From Alphaproteobacteria bacterium (lineage in GTDB: Bacteria; Pseudomonadota; Alphaproteobacteria; GCA-2731375): a stretch of 64,000 bases of DNA. Made by a program: the position numbers and the translations under genes. Each line of letters starts with the position of its first letter. Position 1 is the stretch's first letter. Shown here piece by piece: positions 21,116-31,023 of this stretch. The notes below the pieces were generated by a model. It made no database searches. It saw nothing but the letters and a program-made list of their open reading frames with translations, and was not told the DNA's origin. The DNA is taken from the NCBI GenBank assembly GCA_965225945.1, contig CBDDBZ010000039.1, positions 320,001 to 384,000 on the forward strand. The letters run 5' to 3'.

Positions 21116-21700
21116 TCATCGCGGCGGCGGAAAGAGCCGCGCCATCAGGCGGTCGGCGCGGGCGAGGCGGCGCGCCAGCCAGCTTCGCGTGCGCCGCGCA
21201 TCGGCGCTTCCATCGCACAGCCAGACCAGCACCGTCGCCACGAAGAGGGCCGTGAGCCCCGCCTCCTCGAGCGACTTGCGCCCGCCCCGGGCGTCGAGCC
21301 CGGCCGCCTCGCGGAGCCACTGCACGCGGCGCGAGGTGGCGACGAGCAAGGCCGCCTGCAAATGAACGTGCGGTGGCGCCAAGCGGTAGGCGAGGACGTC
21401 GCGCAGGACGCCCCGGCGGCCCTCCAAGGCCGAGATCCAGGCCATGATGCAGCCCTGGAGGCGCTCTGGCGCCGGCAATTCGGCGAGGTCCGAGCACGCG
21501 CCCCGCGCCAGCATCGCCCGGTCGGCGCGGGCCAGCCAGGCCGTGGCGAGGGCGTCGAGATCGGGAAAGTGGTGGTAAATCCGAGCGAGCGGCAGGTCCA
21601 GACGATCCGCCACCGCGCGCAGGCGAACGGCCTTCCAGCCGGCCGCGTCGGCAATCTCGAGCGCCGCATCGACGATCCGCTCGCCGTCATCCGCCACCAT
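21116..21700 (-). CDS. TetR/AcrR-like regulator
   Basis: N-terminal HTH IVDAALEIADAAGW...IYHHFPD. Confidence 0.75.
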   Translation of the reverse strand: MVADDGERIVDAALEIADAAGWKAVRLRAVADRLDLPLARIYHHFPDLDALATAWLARADRAMLARGACSDLAELPAPERLQGCIMAWISALEGRRGVLRDVLAYRLAPPHVHLQAALLVATSRRVQWLREAAGLDARGGRKSLEEAGLTALFVATVLVWLCDGSADARRTRSWLARRLARADRLMARLFPPPR

Positions 21701-21751
21701 GCGCCGCCCCCGCGTCCCCCTCGAAGCGCCGAATCCTATACCACGCGGCGC

Positions 21752-21970
21752 CTATTTGCCGGTGTCGCAGTGGCCTTGGGCGCAGCTTCCCCAGTCCTTG
21801 TTCAACCCCTTGCCGGACTTTTCCTTGGACTGCTCGACGCTCGGTTGGCCGAGGAAGAGGGGGTTTGCCGCCTCGGCCCGAGGCGAGGCCACGGCGGCCA
21901 GCAGGCCCGCCGTCAGCAGGGCGCCGGCGAAGGCGCGGGAAGCAACGCGTTCCAGGGACGTCGCGGTCAT
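21752..21970 (-). CDS. Small exported protein
   Basis: GGAG RBS, hydrophobic signal ending AEA-A, C-terminal CAQGHC. Confidence 0.5.
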   Translation of the reverse strand: MTATSLERVASRAFAGALLTAGLLAAVASPRAEAANPLFLGQPSVEQSKEKSGKGLNKDWGSCAQGHCDTGK

Positions 21971-22062
21971 GGCTCCACTCCTTGCACGCGGCCCCGACGG
22001 CCAGATGGGCCCGTCGCGGGCCCGCGTCAAGCGCCGCTGTGGCGGAAAAAGGGGCGAAAACG

Positions 22063-22100
22063 CCCGCCGCCTCCCGGTGAACCCGCCGCCTCCCGGTGAA
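22063..22100. repeat. Exact 19-bp tandem duplication
   Basis: CCCGCCGCCTCCCGGTGAA x2. Confidence 0.9.
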
Positions 22101-22239
22101 AAAGTGCTTCGCTTCGCTCAGTGTCCATATTCATCTGCTCTAAACTGCGAAATGGCCGTCCCGCGACGGCTTCGTGGAGCTGGATCGACGACGATCTTCC
22201 GGTTAGCATTGTCGCCGTAAGAGAAGCTGGGCGGGTGAC

Positions 22240-24100
22240 ATGGCGGAGCGGCGCACACAAAGGAGGCTGGCGGCGATCCTATCGGCGGATGTCGTGGGAT
22301 ATTCGCGACTCATACGCGCGGAAGAAGAGAGCACGCTCGCGCGCCTGAAGTCTCTGCGCAACGATCTGATCGGTCCTAAAATCAGCGATTACGAGGGACG
22401 CATCGTCAAATTGATGGGAGACGGCATGTTGGCGGAGTTCGCCAGCGTCGTCGACGCGGTGCGTGCCGCCGTGGAAATTCAGCAAGCCATGGCTGAACGC
22501 AACGCCAGCCTAGCAGAAAGCAAACGCATTTTGTTTCGTGTAGGCATAAATCTCGGTAACGTGGTGATCGACGGTGACGACATTCAGGGCGACGGAGTCA
22601 ACGTAGCGGCGCGGCTGGAAGGGCTCGCGGAACCCGGTGGGATATGCATATCGGCCAGCGTCTACGATCAGATTCGTGACCGTATCGACTTGCCGTTCTA
22701 GGATCTGGGTGAGCAGGTCGTCAAGAATATCGACCGCCCCGTCAGAGTATGGCAATGGACCGGTGATGCCACAATTTCGGCGCAAGGATCTGGTGAAGAA
22801 GGGAATCTTTTACCACCGCCCGACAGGGCCTCGATTGCCGTATTGCCGCTCGAATGCATGTCGGACAGCCGGGACTATGACTACCTCGCCGATGGAATGA
22901 CCGAGGACATCATCACCCTGCTCGCGCGTATCCCCGGGTTTTTAGTCATCGCCCGAAATTCCACCTTTTGCTACAAGGGTCAACATTGCGACATCCGTCA
23001 AGTTGGCCGCGAACTGGGGGTGAGGTACGTTGTCGAGGGCAGCCTGCGCCCGATTGGTGATCGCTTGCGCGTGACCATCCAGTTGATCGAAGCCGAGAGT
23101 GGCAATCATCTTTGGGCCGATCGCTTCGATCGTACGGCCGATGATCTGTTTGCTGTGCAAGACGAGGTCACGACGACGATCGTCGCCCGGCTCGAACCCG
23201 AGCTCACGCGAGCCGAGTTCGAATCGATACGGCGTCGGCCACCCGCCGACTTGGGGGCCTGGGACTACTACCGGCAAGCCAGTGGCATTTTGGCGTTGAA
23301 GGGATGGCACGAGGCCACGTTTACGGAGGGCGCCGAGCTCTGTCGCAAGGCCATCGCGCTGGATCCCGATTTCGCGCCGGCGCGTGCCATGTTGTCATTG
23401 TTGTTGGCGATCGGCTACCTCGTCGGCTATGTGGCCAGCCCCGACGAAGCGCTGAAGGAAGCGGACCTGGCGCTTGCGCTCGATAGCGATAATTCCGTGG
23501 TGCTCGGCAATGCCGGTGTTGTTGGCGATCGGCCACCTCGTCGGCTATGTGGCCAGCCCCGACGAAGCGCTGAAGGAAGCGGACCTGGCGCTTGCGCTCG
23601 ATAGCGATAATTCCGTGGTGCTCGGCAATGCCGGTTGTGCGCTTTCCGACTTGGGAAACAGAACGAGAGGGATAGAGCTGCTCGAAAAATCGATCGAACG
23701 GGACCCGAGCAATGCCCAGGCCTGGGCCGCGCTGGGGGCCGCGCTGTTGACCAATCGCCAGCCGGAGTTGGCGATCGAAAAGCTCGAGCACGGGCTTCGA
23801 ATAAGCCCCCGGGACAATCGTCTCGCAATGTGGGGCTGCATCTACGCGGTCGCCCTCGGTTTCGTCGGCCGCCTCGATGATGCCATCGAGCAGGCGCGTA
23901 TCGCCTGTCGTCGCGACGACGGTCTGCACAATTCACGCGTCATCTTGGCCTCCTTGCTGGTAACCGATGACCGCCTCGAAGAGGCCACGGCCGCGCTCGG
24001 CGAAGCACGACGCATCCGCCCGAGCCTGACATTACGGGAAGCCAGAGGCATGATCGGTAACCGGTACGCGAAGGTACTGGAAAGAATTTGGGATCTCTAG
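22240..24100 (+). pseudogene. Adenylate/guanylate cyclase + TolB-like + TPR protein, disrupted
   Basis: ADVVGYSRL, GDGVNVAARLE, IARNSTFCYKG; in-frame TAG at 22699-22701 and a 118-bp tandem duplication at 23399-23635. Confidence 0.88.
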
Positions 24101-24166
24101 TCGACGAACTCGGGCCTCGAGAATTCGTCACGGCAACCGCACTAAACGCGTATTAGTCAATCTGGA

Positions 24167-24280
24167 GGGCTTGCCGCCGCCTATCTCGGCGCCATGCGGA
24201 TGGCGCCGTCGAGGCGGATGGTCTCGCCGTTCCCCATCACGTTCTCGACGATAGGGCGCGCCAGCGCCGCGTAGTCCTCG
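24167..24280 (-). repeat. Duplicate of the 3' end of the SDR gene
   Basis: 109/114 identical to 25331-25444, includes the TAG stop. Confidence 0.9.
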
Positions 24281-24479
24281 ATCATTCTCTACCCTTTCCC
24301 GAGAAGATCTCGGTACAGGGTCGGAATTGGCCTCGACAAACGGTTGCGCTAACCTTTTTAGACCATTAATTCCAATCAGTTAGATTATATTCTAGCGAAT
24401 ACGAGGGCGGTTCCGGGAAAGGCTGGCGCACTCCAGGAAACCTGAGCCGGCAGAAAAAAATTCACATTACCCTTGATAC

Positions 24480-24498
24480 GTACGCCATAATGGCGCAC
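24480..24498. promoter_or_regulatory. Putative TA operator (inverted repeat in promoter)
   Basis: GTACGCCA-TAA-TGGCGCAC just after TTGATA, about 30 bp upstream of the antitoxin start. Confidence 0.5.
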
Positions 24499-24530
24499 TA
24501 ATGTACCGGTAATGGACGCAGGAGCGACAG

Positions 24531-24815
24531 ATGGCCCAAACCGCCGGCGTGCAGCGGGACCGCATGCATCTGCGCCTGGATGCCAAGACCAAGCGCAAGC
24601 TGGAGCGGGCGGCGGCATACGAGGAAACGACGTTAAGCGATTTCGTGCTGGCGAACGCGGTGGCGGCGGCCGAACGCGTCATCGATTCGCATGAGAAGAT
24701 CACCCTTTCGGCAAAGGATTGGGAAATCTTCCATGACGCGCTGGTCAACCCGCCGGAGCCGAACGAGAAGCTGAGAGAAGCCGCCCGCCGCTACGCTGAG
24801 CGGGTCGGTGGATGA
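24531..24815 (+). CDS. DUF1778 (TacA/AtaR-like) RHH antitoxin
   Basis: RMHLRL...LERAAAY...LSDFVLANA...ITLS..DWEIF..AL.NPPEPN. Confidence 0.88.
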   Translation: MAQTAGVQRDRMHLRLDAKTKRKLERAAAYEETTLSDFVLANAVAAAERVIDSHEKITLSAKDWEIFHDALVNPPEPNEKLREAARRYAERVGG

Positions 24816-25317
24816 GCCGTCCCTGGTTATCGAGCCCCTCGGTTCGCACCATGACCGTACAGCCTTCTCATGCGGGGAGCCGGCCCTCGGTTCCTATCTC
24901 CAGCGGCAAGCCTTCCAGGATATGCGGCGGCGCGTGGCACAGGTATTCGTCGTTGTCGGCGATGCGCCTGGGACGATCGCCGGCTATTACAGCCTGAGCG
25001 CGGCGAGCTTCGAGAAAGCAGAACTGCCGCTGGCCTTGGCGAAGCGGCTGCCGCATTATCCGGTGCCGGCGGCCGTGCTCGGGCGGCTCGCGATCGATCG
25101 CGCGCAGCAAGGGCGCGGCCTGGGCGAGACGTTGCTACTCGACGCGATCCGCCGGGTCGTGCGCGCCAGCACGACGATTGCCGTTTATGCGATGATCGTC
25201 GATGCCAAGAACGAGCGCGCGTGGGCGTTCTATGAGCGCTATGGCTTTCGCGCCTTCGCCAGCGCGCCGGGCCGCCTGTTCCTCCCCCTTGAAACCGTCG
25301 CCGAGCTGGGGCTTTAG
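24808..25317 (+). CDS. GNAT acetyltransferase toxin (TacT/AtaT-like)
   Basis: HDRTAFSCG, PVPAAVLGRLAID..QQGRGLG, VDAKNE...FYERYGF. Confidence 0.88.
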   Translation: MDEPSLVIEPLGSHHDRTAFSCGEPALGSYLQRQAFQDMRRRVAQVFVVVGDAPGTIAGYYSLSAASFEKAELPLALAKRLPHYPVPAAVLGRLAIDRAQQGRGLGETLLLDAIRRVVRASTTIAVYAMIVDAKNERAWAFYERYGFRAFASAPGRLFLPLETVAELGL

Positions 25318-25344
25318 CTTGGTCATCGAGGGGCTTGCCGCCGC

Positions 25345-26106
25345 CTATCTCGGCGCCATGCGGATCGCGCCGTCGAGGCGGATGGTCTCGCCGTTCAGCA
25401 TCACGTTCTCGACGATATGGCGCACCAGCGCCGCGTAGTCCTCGGGCGCGCCGAGCTTCTTCGGGAAGGGGACGGCTTGCGCCAGGCTCTCCCTCACCGA
25501 ATCGGGCAGGGTGGCGAGCAGCGGGGTCGAGAAGATGCCCGGCGCGATGGTGACGACGCGGATGCCGAGATCGGCGAGATCGCGCGCCATCGGCAGCGTC
25601 AGGGCGACGATGCCGCCCTTGCTGGCGGCGTAGGCGGCCTGGCCGATCTGGCCGTCATAGGCGGCGACGGAGGCGGTGTTGATTACCACGCCGCGCTCGC
25701 CCTCGGCCAGCGGCTCCAGCTCCGCCATCGCCGTCGCCGCGAGGCGGGTCACGTTGAAAGTGCCGATCAGATTGACCCGGATCACCTTCTCGAAGAGCGC
25801 CAAGTCGTGCGGCCGGCCACGAGAGGTGGTCTTCTGGGCCGGGCCGATACCGGCGCAATTGATCAGGATTCGGGGCGCGCCGAGGGCGGCCTGGGCGGCT
25901 TCCAGCGCCGTCGTGGTCGACCTCTCGTCGGCGACGTCGCAAGCCGAGAAATGGCCGTCGAGCTCCGCCGCCACCCGTTCTCCGCGCTCCACTTGTTGGT
26001 CGAGGATGGCGATCGAAGCGCCCTGGGCCCGCAACGCCCGCGCCGTCGCCTCGCCCAGCCCCGAGGCGCCGCCGGTGACGAACGCCGTGTGACCCTGAAT
26101 CTCCAT
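25345..26106 (-). CDS. SDR, 3-hydroxyacyl-CoA dehydrogenase type II-like
   Basis: [34 protein letters not shown]. Confidence 0.9.
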   Translation of the reverse strand: MEIQGHTAFVTGGASGLGEATARALRAQGASIAILDQQVERGERVAAELDGHFSACDVADERSTTTALEAAQAALGAPRILINCAGIGPAQKTTSRGRPHDLALFEKVIRVNLIGTFNVTRLAATAMAELEPLAEGERGVVINTASVAAYDGQIGQAAYAASKGGIVALTLPMARDLADLGIRVVTIAPGIFSTPLLATLPDSVRESLAQAVPFPKKLGAPEDYAALVRHIVENVMLNGETIRLDGAIRMAPR

Positions 26107-26410
26107 TGCCCCGTCTCCCTCCGCCGCATTCCCGAGCGGCCTCATAGCAGATCGCGCGGCGCTTGCGCTAGAGCGACATTCGGTCAGAAGGAAATCGCTT
26201 TCGACGGTCTAGATAGAGAATAGCATTGCACAGATTAATCGAACAATAGGTAATATTATCGATAATGCGCGGATTAGTGGGGAGCGTGGCCCCGAGCGAG
26301 CCCGAACCCCTCTAATCCGCGAAGAGCCATTTTCGCCAAACGGATTGAACCGCACCGGTTCGATCCGTTCCGATATTGCTCCAAGCCCGCCCGGGTCCCA
26401 TATTCGAACC

Positions 26411-26785
26411 ATGACCGGCCACGACATCACGGTCTATGATCCGCGCAAGCTGGCCCGCGACGAGCGGCGCGTGAACCGCGGATTCTGGCGCAAACTGCGC
26501 CGCGTGCTCGGGCGGATCCCCTTCGCCGAGGATCTGCTGGCGGCCTATTACTGCGCCACCGACGGCGAGACGCCGAGCTGGGTCAAGGTCGTCCTGATGG
26601 GTGCGGTGGCCTATTTCGTGCTGCCGGCGGACCTGCTGCCGGATTTCATCGCCGTCCTGGGCTTCACCGACGACGCCTCGGTGCTGATGGCGGCGCTGAG
26701 CGCGGTCGGCGGCCACATCCGCGAGCCCCACCGCGAGCGGGCGAAAGCCAAGCTCGGCGAGCTGGCCGGCGAAAGCGGGGAATAG
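26411..26785 (+). CDS. YkvA/DUF1232 family protein
   Basis: YFVLPADLLPDFIAVLGFTDD. Confidence 0.88.
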   Translation: MTGHDITVYDPRKLARDERRVNRGFWRKLRRVLGRIPFAEDLLAAYYCATDGETPSWVKVVLMGAVAYFVLPADLLPDFIAVLGFTDDASVLMAALSAVGGHIREPHRERAKAKLGELAGESGE

Positions 26786-26791
26786 TCCGCC

Positions 26792-27829
26792 TCAAGCCGG
26801 CTCCAGCATCACCTTGAGCTGCTGGCTCGGGCGCTTCAGCGCCTCGAAGGCGGCCGGGAAATCGTCGAAGCCGACCCGCTCGGTGATCAGGCTCTCGGCA
26901 TCGATCCGGTCCCGCGCCAGCATGTCGATCACCACCTCGAAGTCCTGTTTGCGGTAGACGAAGACGAAGGTGAGGTCCAGCTCCTTGACGATGGCGTGGG
27001 CCGGGAAGATGTGGTCGCCGGCCATGCAGAGACCGACGACGACGACGCGGGAGTGGAAATCCGCGTGGTCGATCGCGAGCTGCAGGCTGCCGGGCACGCC
27101 GACGGCGTCGAACACCACGTCGGGCGAGCCGCCGGCGAGCTGGCGAAAGCGGGCGTCGACGTTCTCGCTGCTGGCGTCGATCGCCGCCGTCGCGCCGAAT
27201 TCGACGGCGCGCGCGGCGCGCGCGGCGACGAGATCGCTCACCACGATATTGCGGGCGCCGAGGAAGCGGCACCAGAGCGCGACCGAGAGGCCGACCGGCC
27301 CGCCACCGATGATCAGCACGTTGTCCTCAGAGCCGAGCCGGGCCCTGTTGGCGGCGTTGAGGCCGACCGCCAGCGGCTCGACCAGGGCGCCCTCGGAGAA
27401 GCCGAGCGAGGACGGCAGCTTCAGGGTCTCGTGGCTGCCGACGCGGGTGAACTCGGCATAGGCGCCGGTGAGCGCGGCGCTCGCCCGCATCTCGACCTGG
27501 GCGCAGCGATAGCCCCGGCCCGCGAGGCAGGCGGGACAGGTGCCGCAGCCGATGAAGGGCTGCGCGCAGACCCGATCGCCGACCTTCCACTGGCCCCGCA
27601 CGTCGCGGCCGACCTCGACCACCTCGCCGGCGAACTCGTGGCCCATGACCGTGTCGGGCGGCAAGACGCGCCAGCCCTTCTCCTCGCGCGATTCCGACCA
27701 GTGCAGGTCGGTGCCGCAGATGCCGCAGGACTTGACCTGGAGCACGAGGTCGCCTCGCCCCGGCTCCGGCGCCGCCACCTCCTCGATCACCAGGGGTTTG
27801 CCGATCTCCTTCAGGACCGCCGCCTTCAT
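26792..27829 (-). CDS. Zn-dependent alcohol dehydrogenase (MDR family)
   Basis: CGICGTDLH, GHEFAG, CGTCPAC...C, GGGPVG. Confidence 0.9.
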   Translation of the reverse strand: MKAAVLKEIGKPLVIEEVAAPEPGRGDLVLQVKSCGICGTDLHWSESREEKGWRVLPPDTVMGHEFAGEVVEVGRDVRGQWKVGDRVCAQPFIGCGTCPACLAGRGYRCAQVEMRASAALTGAYAEFTRVGSHETLKLPSSLGFSEGALVEPLAVGLNAANRARLGSEDNVLIIGGGPVGLSVALWCRFLGARNIVVSDLVAARAARAVEFGATAAIDASSENVDARFRQLAGGSPDVVFDAVGVPGSLQLAIDHADFHSRVVVVGLCMAGDHIFPAHAIVKELDLTFVFVYRKQDFEVVIDMLARDRIDAESLITERVGFDDFPAAFEALKRPSQQLKVMLEPA

Positions 27830-27916
27830 CGCTCCCACCTCCCGCCTCGGTCTCGCTGCGCCCGATGGTGCCGCATCGGGCCGGCGCCGGCAATAGCATC
27901 GGGCGTCGCTCGCGGG

Positions 27917-28335
27917 CTAGTGGATGAAATCCAACATATGGTACCCCTACGACGGTTTCCCGAGTTCGTCCGGAAAGGCGCCCGGTGCGCCGTGATGGGG
28001 GCGCATCACAAGCGCCGGGCAACGCGTCCGGCGGGCTCGGGAAGCCGCCCTTCGGGTCCCATATCCTGGCTTCTCCCAAATCCTGGCTTCTCTGCATTGG
28101 ATTTGGCTCAATTCGTGAATTGTATGCGTCACCTTGTTACGGCGGCGGCGAGGCAGGCTCGGTCATTGGCGCCGGGGGCGAGGCCGACGAGGTGGAACCA
28201 GCTCAGGTAGTTGTCCAGATAGCGGGGGCGTCGGGCACCCTTGACGATGCCCCGGCATCGCCGGCGGGCGCCCTCCTGGCGAGAAACCAGGATATGGGAT
28301 CGTAGGGGTACCATATGTTGGATTTCATCCACTAG
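27917..28335. mobile_element. MITE / internally deleted IS
   Basis: Perfect 36-bp inverted repeat CTAGTGGATGAAATCCAACATATGGTACCCCTACGA at 27917-27952 / 28300-28335; no transposase-length ORF inside. Confidence 0.85.
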
Positions 28336-28374
28336 GATCGGGGCTCGGGTTAGCAACAGCGACGGGGCGTTCGC

Positions 28375-29118
28375 TTGCATTGGATTTTGCCGATTCTCCT
28401 CGCCCCCTTCATCGGCAGCTTCGTGGCGAGCTTGATCCAGCGGCTGCCGGCGGGGGAGCCGTTGGTCTGGGCGCGCTCCCGCTGCCCGCGTTGCACCGCC
28501 GTACTGGCGCCGCGCGACCTGGTGCCGCTGGCGAGCTGGCTCTGGAATCGCCGGCGCTGCCGGTTCTGCGGTGGGGGAATCGCGATCTTCTATCCCGCCG
28601 TCGAGCTGGCGGCCCTCGCCGTGGCGGCCAGCGCCGCCATGGTGCTGGACGGCTGGCTGGTCTGGGCCACCTCGGGGCTCGGCTGGAGCCTTCTGGCGCT
28701 GGCCTGGATCGACCAGCGCCACCAGTGGCTGCCCGACGTTCTGACCTTGCCGCTGATCCCCGCCGGCCTCGCCGTCGCCTGGCTGGCGGTGCCGGAGCGG
28801 ATTTGGGATCACCTGCTGGGCGCCGTTCTCGGCTTCCTCGCCCTGGCCGCGATCGGCTGGCTCTACCGGCGCTTGCGCGGGCGGGCGGGACTGGGTCTGG
28901 GCGACGCCAAGCTGCTCGCCGGGCTCGGCGCCTGGGTCGCGGCAAGCGGGCTCGCCAGCGTCGTATTCCTCGCCGCGCTCTCCGGGCTCACCCTGGTCCT
29001 GCTCCGAAGGCTCGGGCGCGCGCCCCTCGACGGGGGTGACAGAATCGCCTTCGGCCCCCATCTCTGTCTCGGTGGCTGGCTCGTCTGGCTCCTCGGCCCG
29101 CTCACCGTCGCGAGCTGA
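28375..29118 (+). CDS. Prepilin peptidase (A24, GspO/PilD-like)
   Basis: GSF, RSRCPRC...CRFC, WID...LPD, GLGDAKL, IAFGP. Confidence 0.88.
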   Translation: MHWILPILLAPFIGSFVASLIQRLPAGEPLVWARSRCPRCTAVLAPRDLVPLASWLWNRRRCRFCGGGIAIFYPAVELAALAVAASAAMVLDGWLVWATSGLGWSLLALAWIDQRHQWLPDVLTLPLIPAGLAVAWLAVPERIWDHLLGAVLGFLALAAIGWLYRRLRGRAGLGLGDAKLLAGLGAWVAASGLASVVFLAALSGLTLVLLRRLGRAPLDGGDRIAFGPHLCLGGWLVWLLGPLTVAS

Positions 29119-29203
29119 CTTTGAAAGCGAAACATGTTAGAAGTGAATGGCTTAAGACGTTATTTGGGACGGCGAGCGACGCGAGACCCGTCGGGAGCAT
29201 GGC

Positions 29204-31003
29204 GTGGCTGAATCCCTGGACTCTTCCTTGTTGCCATGGAGCCGGGCGAGCAGGCTTCGAGAACGGTGGCGAGGACGACGGCGGGGACGACGGCGGGGAC
29301 GGCGCGCGCGCGCGATCGTTCCCGCGGACATCACCGAGGCGCTGGGCGCGCGGCTGATCGCGCTCGGCAAGCTCGACAACGAGGGCTTCCGGCGCGCGAG
29401 CCGCATCCGCGAGGAGACCGGCGATCGCTTCAACCAGATCCTGACCAAGCTCGGCCTCGTCTCCGAGCGCGACATGGCCGAGGTGCTGGCCGACCAGTTG
29501 GAGGAACCCCTGGTCCGGGCCGGCGAGTATCCCGAGGCGCCGGCCGGCGGGCGCGTGATCAATCTCAAGTTTCTGAAGCAAATGCGGATCGTTCCCCTGG
29601 CGGAGCGCGACGACATCCTCACCCTGGTGATGGCGGACCCCTTCGACGACTACGCCATCGACGCCATGCGGCTGTTCTCGGGCCTGTCGATCCACCGCCG
29701 CGTCGGCGTGCCGGCGGAGATCGACGCCGCGATCGAGCGCATCTACGGCCGGGGCGGCACCATCGAGCGGATGGTGGAAGGCGCCGAATATGCCGGCGAC
29801 GAGGCCACGGCGGCGGATATCGCGCGGCTCAAGGACATGGCGAGCGAGGGCCCGGTGATCCGCCTGGTCAACCACCTGGTCGACCAGGCGGTGGCGATGC
29901 GCGCCTCGGACATCCACATCGAGCCGTTCCGCCACCACCTCAAGGTGCGCTACCGGGTCGACGGCGTGCTGCGCGAGGTCGAGGCGCCGCCGCTGAACCT
30001 CAGGGCCGCGGTGATCAGCCGGATCAAGATCATGGCCAACCTGAATATCGCCGAGATGCGTCTGCCGCAGGACGGGCGCATCCGCCTGATTACCGCCGGC
30101 AAGGAAATCGACATGCGAGTCGCCACGGTGCCGACGATGCATGGCGAGAGCGCGGTGCTGCGGCTCCTCGACCGGGACGCGGTGAACCTGGACTTCGAGG
30201 CGCTCGGCTTCGACGGCGACAATCTCGACGCCTATCGCCGGATCCTGGACCGGCCGCACGGCATCGTCCTCGTCACCGGGCCGACGGGCAGCGGCAAGAC
30301 GACGACGCTCTACACCTCGCTGATCCGCCTCAACGACGGGGAGCGCAAGATCCTCACCATCGAGGACCCGGTCGAATATCAACTCGAGGGCGTCAACCAG
30401 GTCCAGGTGAAGCCGCAGATCGGCCTTTCTTTCGCGCACGCCCTCAGATCCTTCCTGCGGCACGATCCGGACGTCATCATGATTGGCGAGATCCGCGATC
30501 TGGAAACCGCCGAGATCGCCGTGCAGGCGGCGCTGACCGGCCACAAGGTGCTCTCGACGCTGCACACCAACGACGCCATCGGCACCATCACCCGGCTGCT
30601 CGACATGGGCGTGGAGGGCTATCTTTTGCCCTCGACGCTGAACGGCATCGTCGCCCAGCGGCTGGTCCGCCGGCTCTGCCAGGAGTGCCGCGAGCCCCAC
30701 GAGGCGACGGAAAATTATCTCCGCCGCCTCGGCGTTGGGCGCCCCGGCGACGGCGCCGTGACGTTCTACCGGGCGGTCGGCTGCGAGGCCTGCAACGGCA
30801 CCGGATATCGGGGGCGGACCAGCATCTTGGAGGTCTTGGCGATGACGCCGGAGATCGCGGAGCGGGTTCTGAGCCACGTCGACGATCGGGCCGAGTTCGA
30901 ACGAGTCGGCGGCTTTCGTTCCATGTACCGCGACGGCTTCGAGAAGGCGCTCGCCGGCCTGACCTCGATCGAGGGGGTATTACGGGTGACGCGGGAGACC
31001 TAG
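29204..31003 (+). CDS. gspE: Type II secretion / pilus assembly ATPase GspE/PulE
   Basis: ASDIHIEP, GPTGSGKTTT, TIEDPVEY, LRHDPD, STLHTN, two CxxC; start uncertain. Confidence 0.9.
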   Translation: MAESLDSSLLPWSRASRLRERWRGRRRGRRRGRRARAIVPADITEALGARLIALGKLDNEGFRRASRIREETGDRFNQILTKLGLVSERDMAEVLADQLEEPLVRAGEYPEAPAGGRVINLKFLKQMRIVPLAERDDILTLVMADPFDDYAIDAMRLFSGLSIHRRVGVPAEIDAAIERIYGRGGTIERMVEGAEYAGDEATAADIARLKDMASEGPVIRLVNHLVDQAVAMRASDIHIEPFRHHLKVRYRVDGVLREVEAPPLNLRAAVISRIKIMANLNIAEMRLPQDGRIRLITAGKEIDMRVATVPTMHGESAVLRLLDRDAVNLDFEALGFDGDNLDAYRRILDRPHGIVLVTGPTGSGKTTTLYTSLIRLNDGERKILTIEDPVEYQLEGVNQVQVKPQIGLSFAHALRSFLRHDPDVIMIGEIRDLETAEIAVQAALTGHKVLSTLHTNDAIGTITRLLDMGVEGYLLPSTLNGIVAQRLVRRLCQECREPHEATENYLRRLGVGRPGDGAVTFYRAVGCEACNGTGYRGRTSILEVLAMTPEIAERVLSHVDDRAEFERVGGFRSMYRDGFEKALAGLTSIEGVLRVTRET

Positions 31004-31023
31004 GACCTAGTCCGACTCTCTAA

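Noticed and set aside
22699-22701. Stop-codon recoding (TAG here, TAA at 49459)
   Set aside because: TAG and TAA end normal genes in this window and no recoding machinery is seen; point mutations are simpler
29266-29305. 12-bp GC-rich tandem repeats in the gspE 5' region (similar at 32221-32250 in the MFS gene)
   Set aside because: In-frame low-complexity linkers with no sign of a separate function
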